Source: Candidatus Saccharimonadota bacterium (GTDB taxonomy: Archaea > Micrarchaeota > Micrarchaeia > Micrarchaeales > Micrarchaeaceae). From it: a DNA stretch of 32,000 nt. The stretch lies in contig OY970071.1 of the NCBI GenBank assembly GCA_963705375.1, positions 1,170,001 to 1,202,000 on the forward strand, in the 5' to 3' direction. Position numbers and translations under genes: made by a program. How positions within the stretch are numbered: the first letter of the stretch is position 1; each line of letters begins with the position of its first letter. Shown here piece after piece: positions 23,765 to 32,000 of this stretch. Under the pieces are notes generated by a model. That model saw only the letters and a list, made by a program, of their open reading frames with translations. It did not search any database and had not been told where the DNA came from.

Positions 23765-24799
23765 CTATGTATGTGCTACCGCGTCAGCAATCTTTGAGAA
23801 GACGTTCTTTATGTTTGCACATGTCAGTTCATAGATTTGCTGGACGGTAAAGCCGTCTTTCCTGAGTCTTCGAAGCAGATGACTGTACTCCTCCAAGCTT
23901 CTTATGCCTGACATGTAGAAATCTTTAGGGTTGTCCTCGTTGTACGTCTTTCTTTCTTTTTCATGTGGCGCATGATCGCTCTCTATCCAGTCTATCTTTC
24001 CGTGTCTGAGGAGTTCCCACATGCCAAGTCTCGTCTTATTGTTCCTGAGCGGCGGATTCACCTTGTACTTCATACCGCTCACACTCTGCATATCGTCTGT
24101 CGAGTGCAGCAAATGATGGGGCGTGACCCCGCAACTTATCCTCATGCATGCTCGTGCCTCGTCGACTAGCCAGACTGTCTGTGGTGTAGAGGCATGGCAT
24201 ATGTGCAGATGGCCCGTGAATTCCTCCTCATGTGCAAACTTTATCTGGTTTTCCACGCTTCTTATTTCCATTTTAGGTGGCCTTGCCAAATTCCAAGTCG
24301 AGGGCCTTTCCGGAATCCACAGATCCTGCCTTCCAAAGCCCTCATACTCGCAATGCACTGCCAGGACGCCATCGTAGTGCGCTTCTGTCAGACTCTTGTA
24401 TACCATTCTCTGGTCATCATCTTTTATCACGGCAAGGTCGCCCACGGACCTGCCAGCGAACATCTTCAAACCTATGACTCTGGGATACTCTTTGAATATT
24501 CTAACTGCGTCATTCACCTGTTCAGGATCTGTTGTCACCCCTACGTATAGATAATAGCCGTCGAGCGAACCGAGCTCGTTCATAGCTGTTGTCAGTCGCC
24601 TCTCGACCAGCTCTGCTGTTGTTACTGGTGGCTTGGTGTTTGGCATGTCAAATATGATGCTCACGCCCTGCCTTGCTGCAAGGCGCTTGACCTCTCCTAT
24701 CGTGGCCTTTCCAGATTCTTCCCAGTCCCTGCAATGCACGTGAGGATCTATTGCTATTGCATTCGTAACAGGGTTGACGACTAGCGTATTCGGTTTCAT
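23765..24799 (-). CDS. pyrC: dihydroorotase (cyclic amidohydrolase superfamily)
   Basis: Motifs 'IDPHVHCRD', 'IFDMPNTKPP', 'HICHAST', 'CGVTPHHLL', 'KVNPPLR' and 'IESDHAPH' match the dihydroorotase metal-binding and signature motifs. Start ATG 24799 (MKPNTLVV...) is preferred over 24838, because the TATA-like catatataac (complement of 24821-24830) lies between the two ATGs. Confidence 0.85.
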   Translation of the reverse strand: MKPNTLVVNPVTNAIAIDPHVHCRDWEESGKATIGEVKRLAARQGVSIIFDMPNTKPPVTTAELVERRLTTAMNELGSLDGYYLYVGVTTDPEQVNDAVRIFKEYPRVIGLKMFAGRSVGDLAVIKDDDQRMVYKSLTEAHYDGVLAVHCEYEGFGRQDLWIPERPSTWNLARPPKMEIRSVENQIKFAHEEEFTGHLHICHASTPQTVWLVDEARACMRISCGVTPHHLLHSTDDMQSVSGMKYKVNPPLRNNKTRLGMWELLRHGKIDWIESDHAPHEKERKTYNEDNPKDFYMSGIRSLEEYSHLLRRLRKDGFTVQQIYELTCANIKNVFSKIADAVAHT

Positions 24800-24984
24800 G
24801 TTATTTCCCCATAATGAAACGTTATATATGGTGCACATCTAAATAAAAACCGGCTCTATTACGGTGCACTTACACAAAATACACAAACATAAAACGCCAA
24901 ACGTTTTGGCCAGTGCTGCGGCATTCTGTAAGACAAGAACTGTCCAGAAACCGGTTAGATGTACGGGTTATCTGCGAAGCGATT

Positions 24985-25596
24985 TTATCCTGGCTTGAGC
25001 GGCGTCCTCTCTTTTTTGTTTATGTCGTCGACAACGGTCCTGCAGTCTGGATCGTTTGTTGCCTGGAACTTCTCGCAGTCAACCGCGCTTTCTGTCAGCA
25101 GCATGTCGCTCTTCGCTACGACATAATGTATCTCTCCCTCTTCTATCCTTAACAAGCTTCCCGGTCGTTGGTTTATTTCAAGCCAAGTGCCTTCCCTCAA
25201 GATGTGCCATGTTCCGCTGCCTACCGGCATGCTGAAGTTGACTGCATACGGGTGAGAGTGGCCTCCTCTTGCATACCCTTCATGCGTACCTACTATGTTG
25301 TACACCTCTGCACCGGCAAATTTTACTGTACATATGATCCCTCTTGGATCCTCGTTTACATTATCGACCGATAGCAATGCCCTTTTATCAAAATCCACAT
25401 CTACCTGGCCCGTATATGTCCAATTGTACCCTGCCATACTTCTTTCGTCTAGGTCCCTGGCAACGGGACTTGCGATTATCCCTTCTTTTGATGCGTTGAG
25501 TTCAAAAACAGGTGCGCCTTTGAACATCACCATGCACATGCAATCGTTAAGCGAAACTACGAAAATCATGCTCTTGGACAGTGTCTTTTCTGCCAT
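24985..25596 (-). CDS. hypothetical protein, possibly cupin-fold
   Basis: A 203-aa ORF with no competing frame. 'GTHEGYARGGHSHPYAVNFSMPVGSGTWHILREG...IEEGEIHYV' is reminiscent of a His-containing cupin beta-barrel motif. The functional call is weak. Confidence 0.6.
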   Translation of the reverse strand: MAEKTLSKSMIFVVSLNDCMCMVMFKGAPVFELNASKEGIIASPVARDLDERSMAGYNWTYTGQVDVDFDKRALLSVDNVNEDPRGIICTVKFAGAEVYNIVGTHEGYARGGHSHPYAVNFSMPVGSGTWHILREGTWLEINQRPGSLLRIEEGEIHYVVAKSDMLLTESAVDCEKFQATNDPDCRTVVDDINKKERTPLKPG

Positions 25597-25784
25597 TGTA
25601 CCACAGAAAGTATGGTCTAAATTATGAGATATTTATGCATTTGCACTATCAAGGCTTTATCCTGGCATTATGGCTGAGAACACAGGGCCTATTTGCCATC
25701 TGCTGAATGCGGGCTTTGAACCTTCCAGGAAGCAAGACCACCACGTATATATATTTGGACAAACACACACTTTTTTGCGATTTA

Positions 25785-26312
25785 ATGCCGAACCAAACAA
25801 GAGAAACATACGAACAACTTTTCAGCGTGGTGCAGGAGGGTGGGAAGTGCGTGCAAGCGTATGGTGCCCCTTCGGGGCAGGGAGCAACATATGAGGGTTC
25901 AAGCAAAATTGCAAGAATGTTAAACGGAACGCTACCAACCCCGCAGGAACTCATAAATTTCCTTATCAGAAACAGAGAGGAACAAGAGACGGTCAGAGGC
26001 GAATGGTGCTACTTGGGTAATGCAATAATAGATGGCGATGTTGACAAAGATAAGGTGTATATGCTTCGTAAAGAAAGACTGGTTCCTGTGGGGCCCTCCT
26101 CAGACCCAGAATATGCTGTGTATGTGTGCGGACTCCAAAGCCGTCCATTGTCCTTCACTATCAGGGCGTCTCTCGAAACTGGTTCGCGTTTTTGCATAGA
26201 CAGCTGCGATCCGCTCCAAGAGGCCACCGTAGTATTTGTTATAAAGGATGCACGCAACATGTTCTATAAAGAAAGGAAAGAATTCATGCGAGCTATTGAC
26301 GAACTAAGATAG
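25785..26312 (+). CDS. hypothetical protein
   Basis: Track ORF 25707..26312. ATG 25785 (MPNQTRETYEQLF...) sits ~30 nt downstream of the TATA-like gtatatatatt (25745-25755), so the shorter form is preferred. No family recognised. The stop abuts the next ORF. Confidence 0.6.
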   Translation: MPNQTRETYEQLFSVVQEGGKCVQAYGAPSGQGATYEGSSKIARMLNGTLPTPQELINFLIRNREEQETVRGEWCYLGNAIIDGDVDKDKVYMLRKERLVPVGPSSDPEYAVYVCGLQSRPLSFTIRASLETGSRFCIDSCDPLQEATVVFVIKDARNMFYKERKEFMRAIDELR

Positions 26313-26353
26313 TGTTATGCAACGTTAACACTGCATGGTATCGTGTTGATGGT

Positions 26354-27328
26354 ATGACAAAATCAAAAACCGCACATAGCAGCGGGCACGATGAAGCGCA
26401 TAACGCTCTGCTGAGACAAGATCGTACTATATTGTATGACGAAGGTCTCGCTCTGGCAGATAAGGGGGAGTGGGAAGCGGCGCTTGCAGTCTTTAATATT
26501 ATTATAACTCAGAACCCAAACGACGCAGATGCACGGTGCAAGAAAGGCGCCGTGTATGTGAAAATGGAGGACTGGGGCAAAGCGCTTGAAGCATATGAAT
26601 CCGCGATAGCGGTGGACCGAGGCTTAGAGGAGGCGTGGTATCGTAAAGGGGTTATGCACTTGATGCTGGAAGACTTGGATATGGCTATTGTTGCCTTCAA
26701 AAGGGCGATAGATCTGGACTCGAACGATGCCGATGCATGGTGTGGTTTGGGTGACGCACATGTCGGAAAAGGGCAATGGCGCTACGCTCTTGAAGCCTAT
26801 ACTGCTGCACTGGCATCAAATCCCGACGATTTCGATGCATTGCGCGGCAAAGGGGACATGCATTCAAAAATGAGGGAGTGGCGCAACGCTGTCGAAGCCT
26901 ATGATGCTGCACTGGTGCTAAATACAAGCGATGCTGGTGTATGGAACGGCAAAGGAATCGCGCACGGGGAAATTGGCGAATTGGTCGAGGCACTCGCTGC
27001 CTTCAAAAAGGTAGCAGATCTGAATCCAGATTATGCGGCTGCATGGCACAACATAGCGTACACACTTTATCGTATGGCAAAAGAATGTGAATCTGAAGTT
27101 ACCCGTCAAGAGAATCTTGAGGGGGCACGCCGGGCAGTTGACCGTGCGATAGCCGCGAACCAAGACTATGAAAGCGCATGGCGTATCAAAGCATACGTGC
27201 TCCGCGCGATGGGAGAGACTGCAGAAGCTGATAAGTGCTTTGCCAAGGCTGAGAATTGTTCTGCGAGAATGAGGGAAGTCCAAAAACGTCCGTCAAAAGC
27301 AGACGAAGAAAGACTTCGGGACACATAA
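26354..27328 (+). CDS. TPR (tetratricopeptide) repeat protein
   Basis: At least 6 consecutive 34-aa TPR-like units, e.g. 'ADARCKKGAVYVKMEDWGKALEAYESAIAVDRGL', 'EEAWYRKGVMHLMLEDLDMAIVAFKRAIDLDSND', 'ADAWCGLGDAHVGKGQWRYALEAYTAALASNPDD', 'AGVWNGKGIAHGEIGELVEALAAFKKVADLNPDY'. The start is ATG 26354 or GTG 26312. Confidence 0.85.
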   Translation: MTKSKTAHSSGHDEAHNALLRQDRTILYDEGLALADKGEWEAALAVFNIIITQNPNDADARCKKGAVYVKMEDWGKALEAYESAIAVDRGLEEAWYRKGVMHLMLEDLDMAIVAFKRAIDLDSNDADAWCGLGDAHVGKGQWRYALEAYTAALASNPDDFDALRGKGDMHSKMREWRNAVEAYDAALVLNTSDAGVWNGKGIAHGEIGELVEALAAFKKVADLNPDYAAAWHNIAYTLYRMAKECESEVTRQENLEGARRAVDRAIAANQDYESAWRIKAYVLRAMGETAEADKCFAKAENCSARMREVQKRPSKADEERLRDT

Positions 27329-27418
27329 GGCTACAACGGGATGGCCTGGCGTATCTGTTTTTAGATGATAGTTTCATCATATCCTTGTACTGCAGGTCGA
27401 AGAGGTGCCAGATCTAAC

Positions 27419-28699
27419 TTAGCCGGATATTGTCGGGTTTGATTCTTTTCCCATGAACAATATCGCACCGTTGTGGTTGTCTATGATGAAGAACATGAAT
27501 GGGTGGTCTGCGCGGAATTGCGGTATTTGGGGAGGTTCTGTGCAACCCATGCACGCGCCAGCCATTACGCCTGCTGTTGCCGCAGCAGCCTCTGTTCCCT
27601 TTTCATCCACTTTTATGAATGCCTTATGAAAGACATCTGATATATACGTACCAGGTGTTGAACTTATTCCCGAGAAATTCGCCGTATTCGGATCGAACGC
27701 ACTTTTGATTCCAAGCGATCGAAGCGCTGCGCCTATGCTTTCACTAGGGGTGGTCATATTGAACCTGGGAAGCCAGACCTGCACGTCTTCTTTTACGGAC
27801 CTAGAACTAATATCTGCGAGTTGGGCAGAAGACAGACCTGCTTCGACCTGTTGTATTCCGTACTTTTGATTAGGCAACAAAATAAGCATCGATAAGTTAC
27901 CTCCTTGATAATCTAATTTTATTGCTTGTAATTCGTTGTCTGAATAATAAGACGTATTGAACTCGGAATACATCATAGGTGCTGTCACATTGCTAGAGGG
28001 TGAAACAAAGAAGGTTGTATTCTGCGTATTGCTCTTGTTAAATTCTTGCAACCAAGTTCCCTTGAAATAAACTGCATTTACAAGAACCAAACGCGTATTT
28101 TCGTCTATCGCTCCTTCAGGGATAAGATTTAATATCCTGTTATTAGTCCTTCCGGCAACCCAATTGTTGATGTTTGTGGTTTCGCCAGCAGCATTGTTGA
28201 CGAAGTCCGCTTGTTGTATCAAAGCAGCATAATACTTTGAGAGGTTGATTGCGAATTGTTGATTTACTGGAAATGTTTTTTCTATCCAGATGGCATCTGC
28301 AATTGAGAGGTTGACGCCTAAGCTATTAGAGCTAAGGTTGTTAATGAGCTTTCCGAAGTCCCTATTATCTGCCGAGAAGTTACTCGAAATACCTAAAACA
28401 TTCTGCATCTGGCTCAAGGTACTGCCTCCTGCACCTTCTGCCATCATAGACATAACAGTAAAAATCGAAAACGGCGAAAAAACCAAATTTGATGACTGAT
28501 TCTCAGATTTGTTGTTCAACAATGTATAAAACTTGAATGAGAAGCTGTTGATGCTATTTGCAATGCTGGTGGAATTTCCCTTGACTAAATGTATTGGCAC
28601 ATTCGGAGGTGCATTTGGCCTGCTTACCAGAACACAAGGAATGATTGCAATAACTGCAATTATCAGCACTGCCAATTCATACTTCAATGTCTTTTGCAT
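27419..28699 (-). CDS. serpin-family protease inhibitor with N-terminal signal/anchor helix
   Basis: 'FSPFSIFTVMSMMAEGAGGSTLSQMQNVLG' is the serpin N-terminal core. The hinge and reactive-centre loop read 'VDEKGTEAAAATAGVMAGACMGCTEPPQIPQFRADHPFMFFIID'. The N-terminus MQKTLKYELAVLIIAVIAIIPCVLVS is hydrophobic. NxS/T sequons are numerous. Confidence 0.9.
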   Translation of the reverse strand: MQKTLKYELAVLIIAVIAIIPCVLVSRPNAPPNVPIHLVKGNSTSIANSINSFSFKFYTLLNNKSENQSSNLVFSPFSIFTVMSMMAEGAGGSTLSQMQNVLGISSNFSADNRDFGKLINNLSSNSLGVNLSIADAIWIEKTFPVNQQFAINLSKYYAALIQQADFVNNAAGETTNINNWVAGRTNNRILNLIPEGAIDENTRLVLVNAVYFKGTWLQEFNKSNTQNTTFFVSPSSNVTAPMMYSEFNTSYYSDNELQAIKLDYQGGNLSMLILLPNQKYGIQQVEAGLSSAQLADISSRSVKEDVQVWLPRFNMTTPSESIGAALRSLGIKSAFDPNTANFSGISSTPGTYISDVFHKAFIKVDEKGTEAAAATAGVMAGACMGCTEPPQIPQFRADHPFMFFIIDNHNGAILFMGKESNPTISG

Positions 28700-28991
28700 A
28701 ACTGATATAAACTACAAAAGGCTAAGTAAATACCCTTTGCCATAGGCAGAGTTGCGCCTGAAAATCCAAATCCTAAATGATATACACAGACATACTCTCC
28801 ACATACGTTGCCTCCGCGAACATCCATAATCGGTACTTGCTTAGCACTCAAAACCCTTGTGGATCCAGACAAGCTTGAGAACATCGAAAAGATATTGCGG
28901 GTTCAAGAGTCGAAGACAAAAGATTAACGTTCTTTTGTGCAGGTAGCTCATGCCTACAGTAACATCGTGCAACTGTAGCCTTTTTATCTGA

Positions 28992-29265
28992 GGATTTAGG
29001 CTGCCTCTCTTCGACAACCATGCCAAGTATGGGATAACCGTTAATGCAATATGTCCCGGCATCATCGAGACCAAGATGGCCGATCCATTCACTGGCGATC
29101 TGAAAACACTTCAACAGTTCCTTCAAGCAATACCCGTAGGCTGTGTAGGGGGCCAGAGGACATAGTTTATGCTGTACTGTTCCTTGCAAGCGCGGAGGCA
29201 GCTACATCACTGGAAGTGAAATCGTGGTCGACGGCGGATGGGCTCGCACCTCTAGCAGCGTCTAA
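28992..29265 (+). pseudogene. decayed short-chain dehydrogenase/reductase (SDR) gene remnant, C-terminal part
   Basis: Three different + frames carry consecutive SDR C-terminal signatures: 'AKYGITVNAICPGIIETKMADPF...LQAIPVG' (from ~29022), 'PEDIVYAVLFLASAEAA' (~29150-29200) and 'SYITGSEIVVDGGWARTSSSV*' (stop at 29263-29265). At least two frameshifts are therefore present. Weaker traces lie upstream (an AYS... catalytic-Tyr region near 28950), interrupted by stops. Confidence 0.6.
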
Positions 29266-29383
29266 ATGTAACGCGGTTATGTGTTGTGAAAGGTGGAGTC
29301 TGCTTCGTCATGCAAGATTTGTAAAGACGCAAGCCCAATAGCTATGTATTTTAATTAGTCTTGAACAACCTCTACGATAAGTT

Positions 29384-30088
29384 ATGCGGCCAGAAATATC
29401 TGTCATAATACCTGCGCTGAACGAAGAGAAGTATATAGGCCGTGCCCTGAATGGACTTGCACATCAGAGCTTCAAAGATTTTGAGACGATAGTTGTCGAT
29501 GGTGGTAGCACGGACAAGACAAGGTCGATAGCTAGGAAGTGTGCAGTTGTGATCATAGAGCGAAAGCGCGGTGTGGGTAGGGCAAGGAACGTCGGTGCAT
29601 CCTGCGCACGAGGCAGCATCCTTGTCTTCATGGACGCAGATACCCGTCCTTCTTCCTCTCTTCTTGGTGCGTACCATCATGTGTTTAAGAATAACCGCAT
29701 AGTGGCTGCGACTGGTCCGATAAAGCCTTTAGAGCGCACTTCTAGAAGGCTCAGCATAGGCTTCAGCTTCGTATCCGTGTTCCTTATTAGGTTCTCCATG
29801 CTGATCGGACGTCCCTCCATGGTTGGCTCGAACTTCGCAGTGAAGAAAGAGGCTTTTGATAAGGTGGGGGGATTTGACAGTAACCTTATAACATATGAGG
29901 ACTTGGTGCTCTCAAATGAGCTAAAAAAGACAGGAAAGATTGCCTATGTTCCAAGTGCGCTTGTCTACACGAGTGCAAGGCGCGTTTTAGCCTGGGGAAT
30001 CCGCCGCTATTTCGTTTACCACCTAGGCAACATGATCCACTATCATCTATTCAAGAAACCGAAAAGAGACTATGCGCCAATAAGGTAA
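29384..30088 (+). CDS. family 2 glycosyltransferase (GT-A fold)
   Basis: 'ISVIIPALNEEKYIGRALNGLAHQSFKDFETIVVDGGSTDKT' and the DxD-type 'LVFMDAD' are canonical GT2 motifs. A TATA-like tattttaatta at 29347-29357 lies ~27 nt before the ATG. Confidence 0.9.
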   Translation: MRPEISVIIPALNEEKYIGRALNGLAHQSFKDFETIVVDGGSTDKTRSIARKCAVVIIERKRGVGRARNVGASCARGSILVFMDADTRPSSSLLGAYHHVFKNNRIVAATGPIKPLERTSRRLSIGFSFVSVFLIRFSMLIGRPSMVGSNFAVKKEAFDKVGGFDSNLITYEDLVLSNELKKTGKIAYVPSALVYTSARRVLAWGIRRYFVYHLGNMIHYHLFKKPKRDYAPIR

Positions 30089-30124
30089 TATGGCAGTCTG
30101 CAAGCCTTTGCCGGCAAACATGAT

Positions 30125-30220
30125 TGCCGCAGGCAGGATTTGAACCTGCGACATTTCGCTTTTTGACAAGCAGAAATTGCTTGACTTCAGGCGAACGCTC
30201 TCCCACTGAGCTACTGCAGC
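30125..30220 (-). tRNA. tRNA-Phe (anticodon GAA) with a 24-nt intron at the canonical 37/38 position
   Basis: The reverse complement folds by hand into a cloverleaf. Acceptor is GCUGCAG/CUGCGGC (one G-U pair) with discriminator A. D stem is GCUC/GAGC. Anticodon stem is UUCGC/GCGAA with loop C-U-GAA-G-[intron UCAAGCAAUUUCUGCUUGUCAAAA = 30161-30184]-A. Variable loop is AUGUC. T arm is GCAGG-UUCAAAU-CCUGC. CCA is not encoded. A TATA-like tttatatt (complement of 30246-30253) lies ~26-33 nt upstream. Confidence 0.85.
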
Positions 30221-30374
30221 AACAACAAAGCTTATTCCGCAAAAGAATATAAACACTAACCTAAATGGCTTTTGTTATGTGTTGCGTACTTACTTGCGGC
30301 GCTTGCGCCATTTTGTGTCCTTAAGTTAGGTACCGGCTGTAAAGTGCTATAAAGGTGCATTCCAGATTCTTTAT

Positions 30375-31952
30375 ATGCCAGCATGGAGCGACCTGGAGCC
30401 ATACGACCGGCTTGTCAACATCCAGATGGTAGAGCCAAGAGCGTACCAGATCAACATAATAAAGAGCATAAATTCAGGCATGAACTCTCTCGTCATACTG
30501 CCGACAGGTCTGGGAAAGACTCTCATAGCTGTGTTTGCCATAGCGAAGGCGCTGCACGAAGGCAAGAGTGCGATAGTGCTGGCGCCCACGAAGCCGCTCA
30601 GCGACCAGCACTATAAGTCGATATCGAATCTGCTAAACGTTGACAAGAGCATACTGCTTCTGCTGACAGGCACTTTGAGTGGCAAGAAGAGGGAAGCGCT
30701 CGAGGTGAATGCGAGAGTCATCGTCGCGACTCCGCAGACAGTGGCAAACGACCTTCAGAAGGGCCGGCTGTCTTTAAAGGATTGTTCGATTGTCGTTTTC
30801 GACGAATGTCACAGGGCTGTAGGGCGTTATGCCTACACTTACATAGCGGACGAGTGCAAGCTTCGCGGAATACAGCTGCTAGGCCTTACTGCCTCTCCCG
30901 GCGGCGACACTAAGAAGATAGAGGCACTCATAGAGAAGCTTGACATAAAGAACATCGAGATACGGATAAGCACTGACATTGACGTGGTGCCTTACGTGAT
31001 GTCAAAGGAGATGACCACGATGCATGTTGATATCGGCGCAACTATCAATGCGATAATGTCAACTCTTAAACCGGCCATAGACGAGCACCTTGGCAATCTC
31101 TACAGCAGAGGGATGAGTCCTTTCAAGAATTTTGACAACATGTCAAAGCGCAGGATACTCGAAATAGGCGACAACATAGGCAAGATACAGGCCGCAAATT
31201 ACAAGTTTTCCCTACTTTTCGACTACACGTACCTGCTGAACCTTGCGCATGCCTATGATCTTGTGAGCACCGAAGGCCTGTATCCCTTCATACACTACCT
31301 CGATTCACTAGAGGCCAGAGAAAGCAAAAGTCGTGGCGTGAAGAGCCTTCTGTCAAGCACAGCTGTGCGCTCTGCGTTGAACATGGCCAAGAATGCCGTG
31401 ACGAACGGCGATGAACACCCCAAGATGTTCCTTGCAATCAGCACGGTGAAGAACCAGCTCGCGGACAAGAGCGTAATAGTGTTCGCGCAATACCGTTCCA
31501 CCATCAAGAGGCTCGTGGAGCTCTTCAATGCGAACGGGATAGGTGCAAGACCATTCGTCGGCAAAAAGGAGGGCATAACACAGGGCCAGCAGCAGCAGAC
31601 GATAAACGACTTTCGTGATGGAAAGTTCCGCGTGCTCGTCGCGACTTCTATCGGAGAAGAAGGCCTGGACATTCCTGCCGTAGACGCAGTCATACTCTAT
31701 GAGCCGGTGCCGAGCGAGATACGCAACATACAAAGGCGCGGCAGGGCCGGCCGGATCAAGTTCGGCCAGGTGTTTGTGCTGGTTGCAAGCAAGACAAAGG
31801 ATGAGAAATATCTGATGATATCTAGGCTTAGGGAGAAGCGCATGCGCGACCTTGTGCTCAAGATAAAGCAGAGGTTCGCAGCAGATTCTATGGGTACTGC
31901 AGGTGTTGTCGGGAAGGGTCAGAGAACGCTGCTTCCGCTGGCAAACGGTTAA
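30375..31952 (+). CDS. Hef/FANCM/Mph1-family SF2 helicase (helicase module only)
   Basis: 'VEPRAYQ' (Q-motif-like), motif I 'LPTGLGKT', motif II 'VFDECHRAVG', motif III 'LGLTASPG', motif VI 'QRRGRAGR', and an inserted domain between the two RecA-like lobes, as in archaeal Hef. A TATA-like tataaa at 30348-30353 lies 27 nt before ATG 30375. The ORF stops at 525 aa with no ERCC4 nuclease or HhH2 region. Confidence 0.85.
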   Translation: MPAWSDLEPYDRLVNIQMVEPRAYQINIIKSINSGMNSLVILPTGLGKTLIAVFAIAKALHEGKSAIVLAPTKPLSDQHYKSISNLLNVDKSILLLLTGTLSGKKREALEVNARVIVATPQTVANDLQKGRLSLKDCSIVVFDECHRAVGRYAYTYIADECKLRGIQLLGLTASPGGDTKKIEALIEKLDIKNIEIRISTDIDVVPYVMSKEMTTMHVDIGATINAIMSTLKPAIDEHLGNLYSRGMSPFKNFDNMSKRRILEIGDNIGKIQAANYKFSLLFDYTYLLNLAHAYDLVSTEGLYPFIHYLDSLEARESKSRGVKSLLSSTAVRSALNMAKNAVTNGDEHPKMFLAISTVKNQLADKSVIVFAQYRSTIKRLVELFNANGIGARPFVGKKEGITQGQQQQTINDFRDGKFRVLVATSIGEEGLDIPAVDAVILYEPVPSEIRNIQRRGRAGRIKFGQVFVLVASKTKDEKYLMISRLREKRMRDLVLKIKQRFAADSMGTAGVVGKGQRTLLPLANG

Positions 31953-32000
31953 ATCCTTTTGTTAACAACTATGCGCGTGATGCAGTGTTGCGCTATTCAA

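Noticed and set aside
24800-24838. The longer dihydroorotase start at 24838 (MCTIYNVSLWGNN...).
   Set aside because: The best TATA-like element (complement of 24821-24830) lies downstream of that ATG and ~23-30 nt upstream of ATG 24799.
25649-25954. ORFs 25649..25954 (-) and 25670..25894 (+) in the cupin / hypothetical-gene spacer.
   Set aside because: They overlap the promoter and 5' end of the 25785 gene and have odd composition and no motifs. They are most likely spurious.
28841-29189. Minus-strand ORFs 28841..29092 and 28848..29189 as real genes.
   Set aside because: They overlap each other and the + strand SDR remnant, whose motifs are recognisable. They show no family signatures and no promoter-like element.

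Overview
This is an archaeal chromosomal window. The evidence is A/T-rich TATA-like elements about 25-35 nt upstream of most start codons, an intron-containing tRNA-Phe, a Hef-type helicase, a ribosomal-stalk P1-like protein, and many NxS/T sequons in the secreted proteins. The lineage cannot be fixed from sequence alone; a small-genome DPANN- or Thermoplasmata-like organism is only a guess.

Positions ~1030-19540 (about 58% of the window) form one co-directional surface-protein island:
- Two anchor-less secreted proteins with a DUF2341-like plus LamG/ConA-like lectin head.
- An ~11.8-kb gene for a head-less giant protein with a C-terminal TM anchor. It is built from a 10.5 x 594-bp near-identical tandem array plus many further Ig/PKD-like domains, and it is currently split by two compensating indels.
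- A 714-aa anchored protein that shares the giant protein's C-terminal module.

A ~550-bp junction cassette (cap domain, stop, promoter, leader, signal peptide) is duplicated across the gene1/gene2 and gene2/gene3 boundaries. My main hypothesis is a recombination-prone split head/stalk adhesin system.

The right 40% contains:
- a tail-less tandem P1-N-terminal-domain protein and a MinD/ParA ATPase
- a two-subunit [NiFe] hydrogenase with a minimal single-cluster small subunit, divergent from hypC plus an N-terminally extended HypC-domain protein
- dihydroorotase, a cupin-like hypothetical, a hypothetical+TPR pair and a membrane-anchored serpin
- a decayed SDR pseudogene, a GT2 glycosyltransferase, tRNA-Phe(GAA) with a 24-nt intron, and a helicase-only Hef homologue

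I saw no CRISPR array, transposase or rRNA.
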